Below, one piece after another: positions 1-9,490 of a stretch of 26,240 bases of DNA (its first letter is position 1; each line of letters opens with the position of its first letter). The DNA lies in IMG/VR virus record IMGVR_UViG_3300033416_000029, positions 1 to 26,240 of that record; one strand, given 5' to 3'. The notes beneath the pieces were generated by a model that was not told the DNA's origin, searched no databases, and saw nothing but the letters and a program-made list of their open reading frames with translations. Origin of the DNA: a virus. Lineage: Duplodnaviria; Caudoviricetes. A program made the translations under genes and the position numbers.

Positions 1-120
1 ACAGGAATTGATCGAGTTGAAGCACTGGAAAATAACAACGATGCCCACAAATGGACGCGTGAAGAGTTAATTGAAATTAAGAAAACTTACAAAGAAAAAC
101 TCAAAGCATTAAAATCTTAA
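1..120 (+). CDS. ninG: C-terminal fragment of NinG/Rap-like recombination endonuclease (5' truncated by window)
   Basis: Frame 1 reads TGIDRVEALENNNDAHKWTREELIEIKKTYKEKLKALKS*, resembling the NinG C-terminus; lies upstream of a Q-like gene as in lambdoid nin regions. Confidence 0.65.
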   Translation, partial: TGIDRVEALENNNDAHKWTREELIEIKKTYKEKLKALKS

Positions 121-138
121 TGTTGTAAAAATACAACA
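121..138. repeat. Perfect inverted repeat TGTTGTA-AAAA-TACAACA, candidate operator
   Basis: Seen directly, intergenic, about 35 bp upstream of a predicted promoter. Confidence 0.5.
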
Positions 139-172
139 CTTAAAAATAAATGATAAATAACTAATAAAAGTG

Positions 173-200
173 TTGCATTTAATTATAATTGTGTTATTAT
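173..200 (+). promoter_or_regulatory. Sigma70-type promoter (TTGCAT-16-TATTAT, extended TG)
   Basis: -35 at 173-178, TG at 192-193, -10 at 195-200; palindrome AATTATAATT (181-190) in the spacer. Confidence 0.6.
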
Positions 201-251
201 AACTACATCGGGTAAGCAATAATGCAAACCCACAAACGATGGAGATATAAA

Positions 252-503
252 ATGAAACATGCATTTAATAATACCCAAGTTGAAATTATTAAAGATGTAA
301 CTGGCAATGGATTAACTTTTACAAAAGACGGTAAAACTTACACAATTACTCAACAAGCATATATGTGGGATTCTGAAACATACAGGGCGCAACTAGAATG
401 CGAAGGTGAAGAGTTTGGGATTGTTGTGTGGGATATTATTGACATTAATTGTGACGACGAAAGCAACGCATGTGATTGGGATAAGTTTAACGTATATCAA
501 TAA
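252..503 (+). CDS. Hypothetical phage protein (83 aa)
   Basis: GGAG RBS at 241-244 favours ATG 252 over 222; acidic C-terminus ending DESNACDWDKFNVYQ. Confidence 0.7.
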   Translation: MKHAFNNTQVEIIKDVTGNGLTFTKDGKTYTITQQAYMWDSETYRAQLECEGEEFGIVVWDIIDINCDDESNACDWDKFNVYQ

Positions 504-514
504 GGATCGCACCA

Positions 515-706
515 ATGGCAGACATAGCAATATTAACAATATTATTATTTTTAGCGTGGGGAATCGTTGGATTTTTTGCGAATGGTGGTAAGTTTTACAT
601 TAAACATGGGTATTTATATGCTAGGTGTGAGGTTATGCGTGACCCGCTTACTATTGCAATAAGCGGCCCGATTATATGGATATTTTATGCAAAATATGAA
701 AACTAA
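515..706 (+). CDS. Small membrane protein
   Basis: AAGGA RBS upstream; two hydrophobic segments. Confidence 0.6.
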   Translation: MADIAILTILLFLAWGIVGFFANGGKFYIKHGYLYARCEVMRDPLTIAISGPIIWIFYAKYEN

Positions 707-854
707 AAACCCAGTAGGCCGCCCACCAGTTGCCGACAAAGGCAGGAATCGCAGCTTTAAGCTCACTGATGCTCAGTATGCAAAATTAAAGTTATTGGGT
801 GGGGTAAAGTGGTTTAAAAAAATAATTGAGGAAACTTATGTCAGCAGACCATAG
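696..854 (+). CDS. Small DNA-binding protein (GRP motif plus ribbon-helix-helix-like), 52 aa, not in ORF track
   Basis: MKTKNPVGRPPVADKGRNRSFKLTDAQYAKLKLLGGVKWFKKIIEETYVSRP*; basic, GRPP hook then strand-helix-GG-helix pattern. Confidence 0.65.
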   Translation: MKTKNPVGRPPVADKGRNRSFKLTDAQYAKLKLLGGVKWFKKIIEETYVSRP

Positions 855-920
855 AAAACAAAACGAAGATAATTATTGAGAGGTCAGGAAGCATCTAGAA
901 CGCAAGTATAGGGGGTAAGC

Positions 921-1280
921 ATGGACTTTGATACGTTAGAATCAACAAAAGAACGCCTAGCTAACTGGCAGCGTGCATTTAGAAATAATATCCATTATCG
1001 CGTTACTGCTTCACTTGAAGGAAGCTATAAATGCCCACAATGTTGGGAGGAAAAGCAGGTTAATTCAATTGTTGATACTATAGATGCATTGACGGTAGAA
1101 CGCGCTGTTATCAGATTGCCAAAAGTAAACAAGGCTATAGTTAAATATAATTACTTCGAGAATTATAAAAACTTGCAGGGATGGTGTAGAAAGAATCAGA
1201 TACGTATAGATCAGTTTGAATCGGAGCTGCAAAGAAGTATTTGCATGATTCATAATTTATTACATAAACCTGTTGCATAA
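921..1280 (+). CDS. Antitermination protein Q-like late regulator
   Basis: LANW N-terminus and DALTVERAVIRLP...YNY pattern; followed directly by a promoter and terminator ahead of the late genes. Confidence 0.6.
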   Translation: MDFDTLESTKERLANWQRAFRNNIHYRVTASLEGSYKCPQCWEEKQVNSIVDTIDALTVERAVIRLPKVNKAIVKYNYFENYKNLQGWCRKNQIRIDQFESELQRSICMIHNLLHKPVA

Positions 1281-1301
1281 TAAAATTACTTATGTTATTT
1301 T
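1273..1301 (+). promoter_or_regulatory. Late promoter, pR'-like (TTGCAT-17-TATTTT, extended TG)
   Basis: -35 at 1273-1278, TG at 1293-1294, -10 at 1296-1301; overlaps the end of the Q-like gene. Confidence 0.6.
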
Positions 1302-1375
1302 AACAGTACAATTTAATCCGCTTATGCGTGCACATTCTGCCTAATGGCAGTTTTGTTGACGGCAAAAGAAATAAC

Positions 1376-1399
1376 AGCCCACTATATGTGGGCTTTTTT
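1376..1399 (+). terminator. Intrinsic terminator, tR'-like
   Basis: AGCCCAC-TATAT-GTGGGCT followed by TTTTT. Confidence 0.75.
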
Positions 1400-1412
1400 A
1401 TATGTGGAAAAT

Positions 1413-1802
1413 ATGAGTGAATTAAAAGTAGGACACGCTACCGCAACGCTAATGCCTTTTGATGATAAAAGATTAAGCAAAGAATCCATGGCAAGATTAT
1501 ATTTTCTATCTCATGTATTTGTGCCTAAAGAACACAGGCGCAAAGGTGCGGCAACAAAATTGCTTGCACAGATAGCTAAAGAAGCAGATGAAGCACAAAT
1601 AGCTGTTCTATTGGAACCTAAAGCATTTGATGATGAAGAATTATCAGGTGATGATCTCATAATGTTTTATTCACGTAATGGATACCAAATCATACAAGAC
1701 GAACCATTATTGATGATTAGATACGCAACACCGCTTAATTTAATACCAAAGAAAACAGTATTAGCAATACTAGATAGATACGGAAATACAATCAATAGTT
1801 AG
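1413..1802 (+). CDS. GNAT-family N-acetyltransferase
   Basis: Acetyl-CoA motif A HVFVPKEHRRKGAATKLL and motif B FYSRNGY; start moved to ATG 1413 because 1344-1412 spans the terminator. Confidence 0.8.
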   Translation: MSELKVGHATATLMPFDDKRLSKESMARLYFLSHVFVPKEHRRKGAATKLLAQIAKEADEAQIAVLLEPKAFDDEELSGDDLIMFYSRNGYQIIQDEPLLMIRYATPLNLIPKKTVLAILDRYGNTINS

Positions 1803-1835
1803 CGATTACTTTTATAATCGTGTGAAGGAATAATC

Positions 1836-2102
1836 ATGGCCGGAAAAGTAGGGATGCATAAAAAAGTATTGCATCCAGGTAGATTAGAAGAAATGCGTAA
1901 TAAAATACAATCTACCTTAATCATAAAAAAACTTGAGAACCACGTACTTGAAGGTGATGAAATGACATCATCACAGGTTAGTGCTGCTTTAGGTTTGTTA
2001 AAGAAGGTTGTTCCAGATTTATCTGCTGTAGAACATAGCGGAGAAGTTAATGTTGGATTCCATGAAATACTGTTAGCAGCACGTGAACGAGCTAGAGGTT
2101 GA
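1836..2102 (+). CDS. terS: Terminase small subunit (putative)
   Basis: Directly upstream of and overlapping TerL; LLKKVVPDLSAVEHSGEV C-terminal motif. Confidence 0.7.
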   Translation: MAGKVGMHKKVLHPGRLEEMRNKIQSTLIIKKLENHVLEGDEMTSSQVSAALGLLKKVVPDLSAVEHSGEVNVGFHEILLAARERARG

Positions 2103-3519
2103 GTTAATACAAGACATAGCTGGGTTCTATGATAATCCGCTAGGTTTTGTTAAATATGTATTTGCTTGGGGTGAAGGCTCATTAAAAGATGAATCTGGCC
2201 CTGATAAATGGCAAACATACGTACTTAATGAAATAGGTAGCGCTGTAAAGAATGGTTCAACTGTAGATGAGGCAATAAGAATTGCAATTGCTTCTGGTCA
2301 CGGTATAGGTAAGACTGCTTTTGTAGCATGGGTAATATTGTGGTTTATCTCTACGAGAGAGTTCCCACAGATTGTTGTTACATCAAATACCGCAAATCAG
2401 CTCAGTGCAAAGACTTGGCGTGAACTTGCTAAATGGCATCGGTTAGCTATAAACAAAGAATGGTTCGAGTGGACAGCAACCAAGTTTTACCATAAACAAT
2501 ATCCTGACACATGGTTTGCATCTGCTATTCCATGGTCTATAAACAACAGTGAAGCCTTTGCTGGTACACATGAAAAACATGTTCTGGTTGTCTATGATGA
2601 AGCTTCCGGCATTCATGACCAAATATGGGAAGTAACCGAAGGCGCAATGACAACACCCGGCGCAATGTGGCTTGCATTTGGTAACCCTACAAAAAACACT
2701 GGAAGATTCCGTGAATGCTTCGGTAAGTTCAAACATCGCTGGTTAACGCAACAGATTGACAGCAGAAGCGCGAAGCAAGCCAATAACAAACAGATACAAC
2801 AATGGATTGATGACTACGGAGAAGATAGCGACTTTGTGCGCGTTCGTGTTCGTGGTGTATTTCCTCGTGCTGGTTCCAATCAGTTCATCGGTGCTGATAT
2901 TGTAGAAGAATGCAGAAAATACAAAGCTGAAGGTTATGAAGGTTTAGCTAAAGTATTAGGCGTTGATGTGGCAAGATTTGGCGATGACCAAAGCGTTATT
3001 ATCAAGCGGCAAGGGCGTAAGGTTCACCAGCCTAACAAATACCGCGGATTAGACTTGATGCAGCTTGCATCCAAGGTTGTAGAACAGATAGACGAATTCA
3101 AGCCTGATGCTGTATTTATTGATGGCGTTGGCGTTGGTGCTGGCGTTGTTGACAGGGTAAAACAGTTAAGGCCGAGTGTTGCCATTATCGAAGTTAACGC
3201 TGGTGCAAGGCCTAGTGATTGCGAGAAATACTTTAACAAGCGTGCTGAAATGTGGGGATTGACAAGGGATTTCATTAAAGCTGGTGCAGAATTGCCAGAT
3301 GATAATGAACTATGTGAAGAGCTGCAATCAACAGAATATGGATTTACACCCAAACAACAAATTCAGATTGAGAAAAAGGAAGATATGAAAGCTCGTGGAT
3401 TAAGTTCACCAGACGTTGCAGATGCATTATGTCTAACCTTTGCTGAAAATGTGATTAAACATGAAGAAGCGAGTGTTCATGTTAGCTATTATAATGGTGA
3501 CATGGGCTGGGCTGGATAA
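2083..3519 (+). CDS. terL: Terminase large subunit
   Basis: Walker A ASGHGIGKT, Walker B VVYDEASG, GNPT coupling motif, nuclease motifs GVDVARFGDD and SPDVADAL. Confidence 0.95.
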   Translation: MNELEVELIQDIAGFYDNPLGFVKYVFAWGEGSLKDESGPDKWQTYVLNEIGSAVKNGSTVDEAIRIAIASGHGIGKTAFVAWVILWFISTREFPQIVVTSNTANQLSAKTWRELAKWHRLAINKEWFEWTATKFYHKQYPDTWFASAIPWSINNSEAFAGTHEKHVLVVYDEASGIHDQIWEVTEGAMTTPGAMWLAFGNPTKNTGRFRECFGKFKHRWLTQQIDSRSAKQANNKQIQQWIDDYGEDSDFVRVRVRGVFPRAGSNQFIGADIVEECRKYKAEGYEGLAKVLGVDVARFGDDQSVIIKRQGRKVHQPNKYRGLDLMQLASKVVEQIDEFKPDAVFIDGVGVGAGVVDRVKQLRPSVAIIEVNAGARPSDCEKYFNKRAEMWGLTRDFIKAGAELPDDNELCEELQSTEYGFTPKQQIQIEKKEDMKARGLSSPDVADALCLTFAENVIKHEEASVHVSYYNGDMGWAG

Positions 3520-5765
3520 TGGCTAAGAGCAAAGTATTAAAGACAGATAAATCTACTGTTGAGATGACCATTGTTGAGCGTGCCAAAGCATTCTATGAGC
3601 GTGCAAAGGTATATGAATCAGATCAGCGTAAAGAAGAACTGGACGATATTAGATTCTCTGGCTTACTTGAACAATGGCCTCCGCAGCTTAAAGCAATCCG
3701 CGAAGCTGACCCACAAGGTTCAAGGCCTTGTCTAGTTGTTGACAAGGTGAATCAGTATAAAAACCAGATTGTTAACCAGATGCGTCAGAATCGACCATCA
3801 ATCAAGGCTAGACCTGTTGATGATGCTGGCGATATTGAAGTAGCAGAGATATATCAGGGAATCATCCGCCACATTGAAGATGCAAGCAAGGCAGATATTG
3901 CCTATGATTGGGCTGGTGAAGGTGCTGTAACAAGTGGCACTGGATATTTCCGTATTATCACTGAATATGTAGGTGATAGCTTCCAGCAAGAGATTCGTAT
4001 TGCACGTATTCGCAATCGTTTTACTGTTTACTTTGACCCTGATGCAAAAGAGCCTGACGGTTCAGACCAGAAGGAATGCCTTATTACGATGATGGTCAAG
4101 CGTAGTGAGTTTAAAGAAATGTATCCTAATGTTGAGGTGTCTGAATGGAATGCATCAACAGGTGATAGTAATAATGATTGGTACGATAGGGATAATGTCC
4201 GTATTGCTGAATACTTCTATATTGAGAAAGTGCAGACTAAACTGTACCTACTTGAAGATGGAAACTCTATTTTCAAAGATGAGTATGATGAAAAGTACCT
4301 TGAAAAAGAATCAGAAGAAAAAGAAGAGTACGATACGGAAGGTGAACCAGAATCAATTGATGATACTGATGATTTAGAGCCAGAGGAAAGTTTACCTAAA
4401 GAACTGCCGCCAAAGATATTAAAGACTCGTGACGGATTCAAGTCAAAAGTAAAATGGTGCAAAGTAACTGGTGCTGATGAACTAGAATCAACAGAAGTCC
4501 CAGGGAAATATATTCCTGTTGTGCGTGTTATCGGAATCGAAACTGACATTGACGGTAAACTGCATTTACGTGGTATTGTGCGCGGTGTCAAAGATGCACA
4601 GCGCATGTACAACTATCAACGCTCAACTGTAGTCGAGACTTTATCGCTTGCCTCTAAAGCACCTTATGTTGCCGCTGCTGGGCAGATTGAAGGCTTCGAA
4701 GGTGACTGGGCTAGCTCTAATCGTGTGAATCGTGCTGTATTACGTTACAAGCCTGTTTCAATTAATGGAACATTAGCCCCTGCTCCGCAGCGTCAAGGTT
4801 ATTCAGGTGTTCCGACTGGACTTATTCAGGACATGCAGACATCTGAGCATGACATTCAGTCCGCTTTAGGCATGTATCAAGCCTCTATCGGACAGGATAG
4901 CAACGCCAAGTCTGGCAGGGCTTTGAACGCGCAGCAAAAACAGGGAGACATGGCAACATTCCAGTTCCCTGATAACCAAAGCAAATCTATCAGACACGCT
5001 GGACGCATCATTATGGACATGATTCCAGTGATATATGACACGGCTCAGATTGTGCGTATCTTGGGGGATGATGGGACTCCTGATTATGTGCAGATAAATC
5101 CAGACCAACAAGGTGCGGTAACTAAACAACGTGATGAAAATGGCGAGATTAAGAAAATATATAATCTTGGCGTTGGCAAATACGATGTAACGATAACAAC
5201 AGGCTCAAGCTATGCGACAAAACGCATGGAAGGTGCTGACTTCATGATGCAATTGGTACAGTCAAGTCCTGATTTGATGCCGATTATTGGAGATTTATTA
5301 TTCAAGTCTATGGATATGCCTTATGCACAAGAAATCAGCGACCGTATAAAAAAGATGATGATGCCGTCACAATTGCAGGAACAGAAAGACGGTGAGACAC
5401 CAGAAGTGCAACAAGTAAAACAACAGGCCAGCCAGTTTATCCAGCAGTTACAGCAACAACTTGAAGCAGCACATCAGGCTATGAGTGAAGCTGAACAGGA
5501 AGCCAAAGTATTGGAATCAAAAGCCAACGATACGAAAAACAAGAATGCACTAGAAGCAAAACGTGTACAGATTGAAGCCTACCGAGCTGAGACTGAGCGA
5601 ATCAAGGTAGAGATTGATTCTGCACAATCAGAGTTCACTCCTGACAGATTACAGAGCATAGAGGAAGCGGTAGCTCACTTGATTGGACATATTGCACAGC
5701 CAGAAGAACCAATGATGCAACCAGAAGAACCTCAAGAAAATTCAATGAATGAAGGGATGCAATAA
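3519..5765 (+). CDS. P22-like portal protein
   Basis: 748 aa following TerL; QWP...RPCLVVDKV, KDAQRMYNY, GKYDVTITTGSSYATKR motifs; Q-rich C-terminal coiled coil. Confidence 0.92.
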   Translation: MAKSKVLKTDKSTVEMTIVERAKAFYERAKVYESDQRKEELDDIRFSGLLEQWPPQLKAIREADPQGSRPCLVVDKVNQYKNQIVNQMRQNRPSIKARPVDDAGDIEVAEIYQGIIRHIEDASKADIAYDWAGEGAVTSGTGYFRIITEYVGDSFQQEIRIARIRNRFTVYFDPDAKEPDGSDQKECLITMMVKRSEFKEMYPNVEVSEWNASTGDSNNDWYDRDNVRIAEYFYIEKVQTKLYLLEDGNSIFKDEYDEKYLEKESEEKEEYDTEGEPESIDDTDDLEPEESLPKELPPKILKTRDGFKSKVKWCKVTGADELESTEVPGKYIPVVRVIGIETDIDGKLHLRGIVRGVKDAQRMYNYQRSTVVETLSLASKAPYVAAAGQIEGFEGDWASSNRVNRAVLRYKPVSINGTLAPAPQRQGYSGVPTGLIQDMQTSEHDIQSALGMYQASIGQDSNAKSGRALNAQQKQGDMATFQFPDNQSKSIRHAGRIIMDMIPVIYDTAQIVRILGDDGTPDYVQINPDQQGAVTKQRDENGEIKKIYNLGVGKYDVTITTGSSYATKRMEGADFMMQLVQSSPDLMPIIGDLLFKSMDMPYAQEISDRIKKMMMPSQLQEQKDGETPEVQQVKQQASQFIQQLQQQLEAAHQAMSEAEQEAKVLESKANDTKNKNALEAKRVQIEAYRAETERIKVEIDSAQSEFTPDRLQSIEEAVAHLIGHIAQPEEPMMQPEEPQENSMNEGMQ

Positions 5766-6052
5766 TGTCATTTTCAGGAACAGCAGATAGTTTAGGCTAT
5801 CAGCAAGCAACGGTTAACACCGCAACAGGATTAACACTACCAAGCAATACAACACCAGCTTATGCCTTGATTACAATTGAAGCACAGGCGGTTAGATGGC
5901 GCGATGACGGTACCGCACCGACCGCAGCAGTCGGTATGCCTTTAGCCGTAGGTGCTACGCTTAAATATGATGCCAACAACATCAATTCATTACAGTTCAT
6001 CGGACAAGTTGCTGGAGCAATTATTAACGTTACTTATTACGGGAAGAAATAA
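5765..6052 (+). CDS. Hypothetical virion-associated protein
   Basis: Coupled to portal (TAATG); VRWRDDGTAPTAAVGMPL beta-rich motif. Confidence 0.65.
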   Translation: MSFSGTADSLGYQQATVNTATGLTLPSNTTPAYALITIEAQAVRWRDDGTAPTAAVGMPLAVGATLKYDANNINSLQFIGQVAGAIINVTYYGKK

Positions 6053-6507
6053 TGGACATTACACAAGGGATTAACGTTTCTGACCATGTAACCCAAACCA
6101 CTGCGAAAGTAATGGTTAATGGTGACACTATTTTTAACGTTGTCGGGGATATTCAGATACTTAGCCTTCTTTCTGAATGCTACACAGATAACAATGCCAC
6201 AGCTAGTACATTGCAATACTCGGTGACTACATCGCGCGGAGCTACACAAACGATATGCAATGCCTCTACATCACTAGCAAGCGCAACTGCTGGTGCTACT
6301 GTTGCGCTATCTGCCGTCAGTACATTAGCGGAGGGGCCTATTGTAACTGCAAATGGTGTTTCTATAAATACAGCATCGCGTGGAGTTAGATGCCCGTCAG
6401 GAGTAATTAAAACAGTTATTGGTGTTGGTTCAACTACTGGCACATGGAAACATTATATAAGATATGAGCCGCTGGAAGAAGGCGCTTACGTAACAGCAGC
6501 ATTTTAG
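6052..6507 (+). CDS. Hypothetical virion-associated protein
   Basis: TAATG coupling; T/A/V/G-rich beta-sandwich-like composition. Confidence 0.6.
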   Translation: MDITQGINVSDHVTQTTAKVMVNGDTIFNVVGDIQILSLLSECYTDNNATASTLQYSVTTSRGATQTICNASTSLASATAGATVALSAVSTLAEGPIVTANGVSINTASRGVRCPSGVIKTVIGVGSTTGTWKHYIRYEPLEEGAYVTAAF

Positions 6508-6539
6508 CAGTAAGTCTATCGGCTGACTTTAACCGAGCC

Positions 6540-6565
6540 AAAACCATCTTGATTGATGGTTTTTT
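6540..6565 (+). terminator. Intrinsic terminator
   Basis: AAAACCATC-TTGATT-GATGGTTTT-TT. Confidence 0.65.
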
Positions 6566-6583
6566 CATTTCTAAGGATGAAAA

Positions 6584-7447
6584 ATGAGTAAGTATTTAAT
6601 CGCAATGTTATTACCTTTCCTAAATTTTAAATTAAGTTTTGGTGATGGCGATGTTGCAGCAGTAGAAACATCTCAAGGCGAAGAGATTAAAACAGCCGAA
6701 CAGTCACCTATCACTGAACAGGTAGAGGAAACAGCGAAGCCCGCTGAACAATCGGCTGAAAAGACATTCACACAAGCAGAGCTTGATGAAATTGTTCAAA
6801 AACGTATATCAAAGCTTGAACGTAAGGCGGAACGGCAACGGATTGAGGCAGAAACACGCGCCCAAGTCCTGCGCGAAGTACAATCAAAACCTGAACCTGC
6901 ACAAGGTAAACCTAATCCCGAGGATTTCACAGATTATTCTGAATATCAGGAAGCTTTAACCGATTGGAAGGTAGATCAGAAACTTGCATCTATCGAACAG
7001 CGTAAAGCTGCTGAGATTCAAAAGGAAAGTGAGAAATCCGAAGCGCAACGTGCAAGTGAGCGACAAGCAGAACTTGTTGAGTCTGGTGAGCGTAAATATG
7101 AAGACTTTGAGGATGTGGTTAAATCTGATAAGCATATATATTCACGTGCTGCATATCTTTCTATTTTAGAAAGTGATATTGGTTCTGACATTGTTTATCA
7201 TCTTGCAAAGAATCAGGATGAAGCTAAACGCATTGCTGAGCTACCAGCTTACGCACAAGCAAAAGAAATAGGCAAATTAGAAGATAGATTGTCTGCTAAA
7301 CCGCCAGTAAAAACATCAAGTGCACCATCGCCTATCAAGCCAATTGAAGGCAAGGGAAACCTTACCAAGAAGCTGGAAGATATGACTTACGAAGAAATGC
7401 TAGAGCATGACCGTAAACGTGGTGCGCGATACCTAAATAACCGATAA
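6584..7447 (+). CDS. Capsid scaffolding protein
   Basis: Precedes coat gene; KTFTQAELDEIVQKR, EIGKLE and SSAPSPIKP motifs; charged and helical. Confidence 0.85.
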   Translation: MSKYLIAMLLPFLNFKLSFGDGDVAAVETSQGEEIKTAEQSPITEQVEETAKPAEQSAEKTFTQAELDEIVQKRISKLERKAERQRIEAETRAQVLREVQSKPEPAQGKPNPEDFTDYSEYQEALTDWKVDQKLASIEQRKAAEIQKESEKSEAQRASERQAELVESGERKYEDFEDVVKSDKHIYSRAAYLSILESDIGSDIVYHLAKNQDEAKRIAELPAYAQAKEIGKLEDRLSAKPPVKTSSAPSPIKPIEGKGNLTKKLEDMTYEEMLEHDRKRGARYLNNR

Positions 7448-7463
7448 ATAAAGGAATTAAATC

Positions 7464-8681
7464 ATGGCAAACGTTCTAGCCACCTCAAGCATCATCGCAA
7501 AGAAAACGCTGGCAATTTTAGAGAATAGCCTTTCTTTTGCGTCAAATGTAAACCGCTCTTGGGAAGATGAGTACACGGGAAATATGTCACGTGGCTATGC
7601 CCCAGGCGCAACCATTAACATTAAACGTCCGTCACGTTATACATGGCGTGCAGGTCGCGTGTCTGTTCCACAGGCATCAACCGATTCAACCGTTCCGTTA
7701 ACACTGACTCAAGGTGGTACAGATTTAAACTTCACCAGCTTTGAGCGCACTGTTGGCATTACGGAAGATTCATTGGATAGCAAAATCCAAGCAGCAATGG
7801 CAACAGTAGTTAACGAGATTGACCGTCAAGGTCTTGAAATGGCTAAGTATGCAGCTTTCAATACACTGAACGTAACAGGTGCATTGCCTACAACCCAATT
7901 AGGTGCAGTACAGGTTTATACTGATGCGATGCGCCGATTGAATGAAATGGCAGCACCGACAAATCGCGGTGAAAAAGCATTTATCATGGGTCCGGGTCTT
8001 AACGGTGCCTCTGTTGCTGGCTTGGCAGGTCTTTTCAATTCTCAAGAGAAAATCAGCAAGCAATACGGTAACGGTATGATGGTTGATTCACTTGGTTTTG
8101 TGATCGGCATGGACCAGAACGTTTCAACATTAACCTTAGGTGCAGCTACTGCAACCAATATCAATGCTGCAAATATCATAGGTTCAAACATCACCGTAGT
8201 AGCAGTTGCGGGTGGTACATTGACTCGCGGTACTGCAATTACATTGCCGGGCGTTTATGCTGTTAACCCGCAAACCCGTCAATCAACAGGAGTATTGGCA
8301 GACTTCATTGTTACTGCCGATGTGGCTTTGGGTGCAACGACAATTCCGGTAAGCCCTGCATTGGTGACAAGCGGCGCGTTCCAAAACGTAACTGCATCAC
8401 CTACAAACGGTCAGCCTTATGTGATTAAAGGTGCGGCTTCCACATCATACCAATCTAATATCGCATTCCATAAAGATGCGTTCACTTTGGCTATGGTTCC
8501 GATGGAAATGCCACCTGCCGGTACTGGCGCTCGCGCTCACCAAGAATCACGCAATGGCTTTACTGTTAAGGTTACTGACGGTTATGACTTCATCAACGAT
8601 AATAGCTTAATGCGTATTGACGTGTTATTCGGCTGGGCTGCAACATATCCAGAACTATCAACTCGCTACCTAACTGTGTAA
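7464..8681 (+). CDS. Major capsid protein (P22 gp5-like coat)
   Basis: MANVLAT...GATINIKRP...NIAFHKDAFTLAMVPM...RIDVLFGW pattern of the P22 coat family. Confidence 0.92.
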   Translation: MANVLATSSIIAKKTLAILENSLSFASNVNRSWEDEYTGNMSRGYAPGATINIKRPSRYTWRAGRVSVPQASTDSTVPLTLTQGGTDLNFTSFERTVGITEDSLDSKIQAAMATVVNEIDRQGLEMAKYAAFNTLNVTGALPTTQLGAVQVYTDAMRRLNEMAAPTNRGEKAFIMGPGLNGASVAGLAGLFNSQEKISKQYGNGMMVDSLGFVIGMDQNVSTLTLGAATATNINAANIIGSNITVVAVAGGTLTRGTAITLPGVYAVNPQTRQSTGVLADFIVTADVALGATTIPVSPALVTSGAFQNVTASPTNGQPYVIKGAASTSYQSNIAFHKDAFTLAMVPMEMPPAGTGARAHQESRNGFTVKVTDGYDFINDNSLMRIDVLFGWAATYPELSTRYLTV

Positions 8682-8686
8682 ACAAT

Positions 8687-8706
8687 AGGGGAGCAATCCC
8701 CTTTCT
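8687..8706 (+). terminator. GNRA hairpin or weak terminator after coat gene
   Basis: AGGGGA-GCAA-TCCCCT-TTCT. Confidence 0.5.
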
Positions 8707-8724
8707 AAAATAAAGGAAAATATC

Positions 8725-9429
8725 ATGTCAGTAACACTTTTACGACCATACAGTACATACGCCACTGGTGCTGTTGTAACTTTGCCAGATGCAACAGAAT
8801 CTGCATTGATTGCACAAGGCTATGCGACCGCTTCATTAACCACAGCAGTGCCTGCTGTTTTTGGCGGCCCTGATCAGACCGTTACCCAAAACGGTAACAT
8901 TGCATCTATCCAGCAATATGGGCAATCTACCCCAACATATCCACAAGGCCCATCAATCCTGCCGGTTATTCCATTGGGAAGTGCGGCATTAACCGCAGTT
9001 GGCGCATCTTCTGTACACGTAGCAGGCACTTTGAACGTAACAGAAATTTATGTACCATATTGGGGCACATGGAAAGGCGCTGGTGTGCTTAACGGAACAG
9101 TTGTTGGTACCGATAACATGCTTGTGGCCTTGTACGGTTCTGATGGCAAACTATTAGCCAATTCTGCCGTAGCTGGTACGTTATCAGCTACTGCATCAAC
9201 CTTTCAGAACCGTGACTTCTTAACCCCTGTAACGTTAGCCCCCGGCCGCTATTTTGTAGCTGTGCAGTCTAATGGAACAACTGCAACTTCTAACAAGCTG
9301 GTTGCTGCTAACGGTGTTAACGTGCTTACTTCTGCAATCGCTGGTGTATTCGGTACTGTACCTGCAACTATTACAGTTCCAACAACCAACACAACTGCTG
9401 TCGGTTGTGTAGTTCAGCTTTACGCTTAA
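8725..9429 (+). CDS. Capsid decoration or accessory structural protein (putative)
   Basis: AAGGA RBS; T/A/V/G-rich beta protein right after coat. Confidence 0.6.
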   Translation: MSVTLLRPYSTYATGAVVTLPDATESALIAQGYATASLTTAVPAVFGGPDQTVTQNGNIASIQQYGQSTPTYPQGPSILPVIPLGSAALTAVGASSVHVAGTLNVTEIYVPYWGTWKGAGVLNGTVVGTDNMLVALYGSDGKLLANSAVAGTLSATASTFQNRDFLTPVTLAPGRYFVAVQSNGTTATSNKLVAANGVNVLTSAIAGVFGTVPATITVPTTNTTAVGCVVQLYA

Positions 9430-9442
9430 TAGTTTGCTTTTA

Positions 9443-9467
9443 CTGCCCTTTTCACAAGAGAGGGCAG
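9443..9467 (+). terminator. Stem-loop between head and tail genes
   Basis: CTGCCCTTTT-CACAA-GAGAGGGCAG; no clear U-tract. Confidence 0.45.
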
Positions 9468-9490
9468 AATAAAGCTAATTAGGAGAAATC

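Noticed and set aside
1344-1412. N-terminal extension of the GNAT ORF
   Set aside because: Spans the tR'-like terminator; ATG 1413 is the more plausible start.
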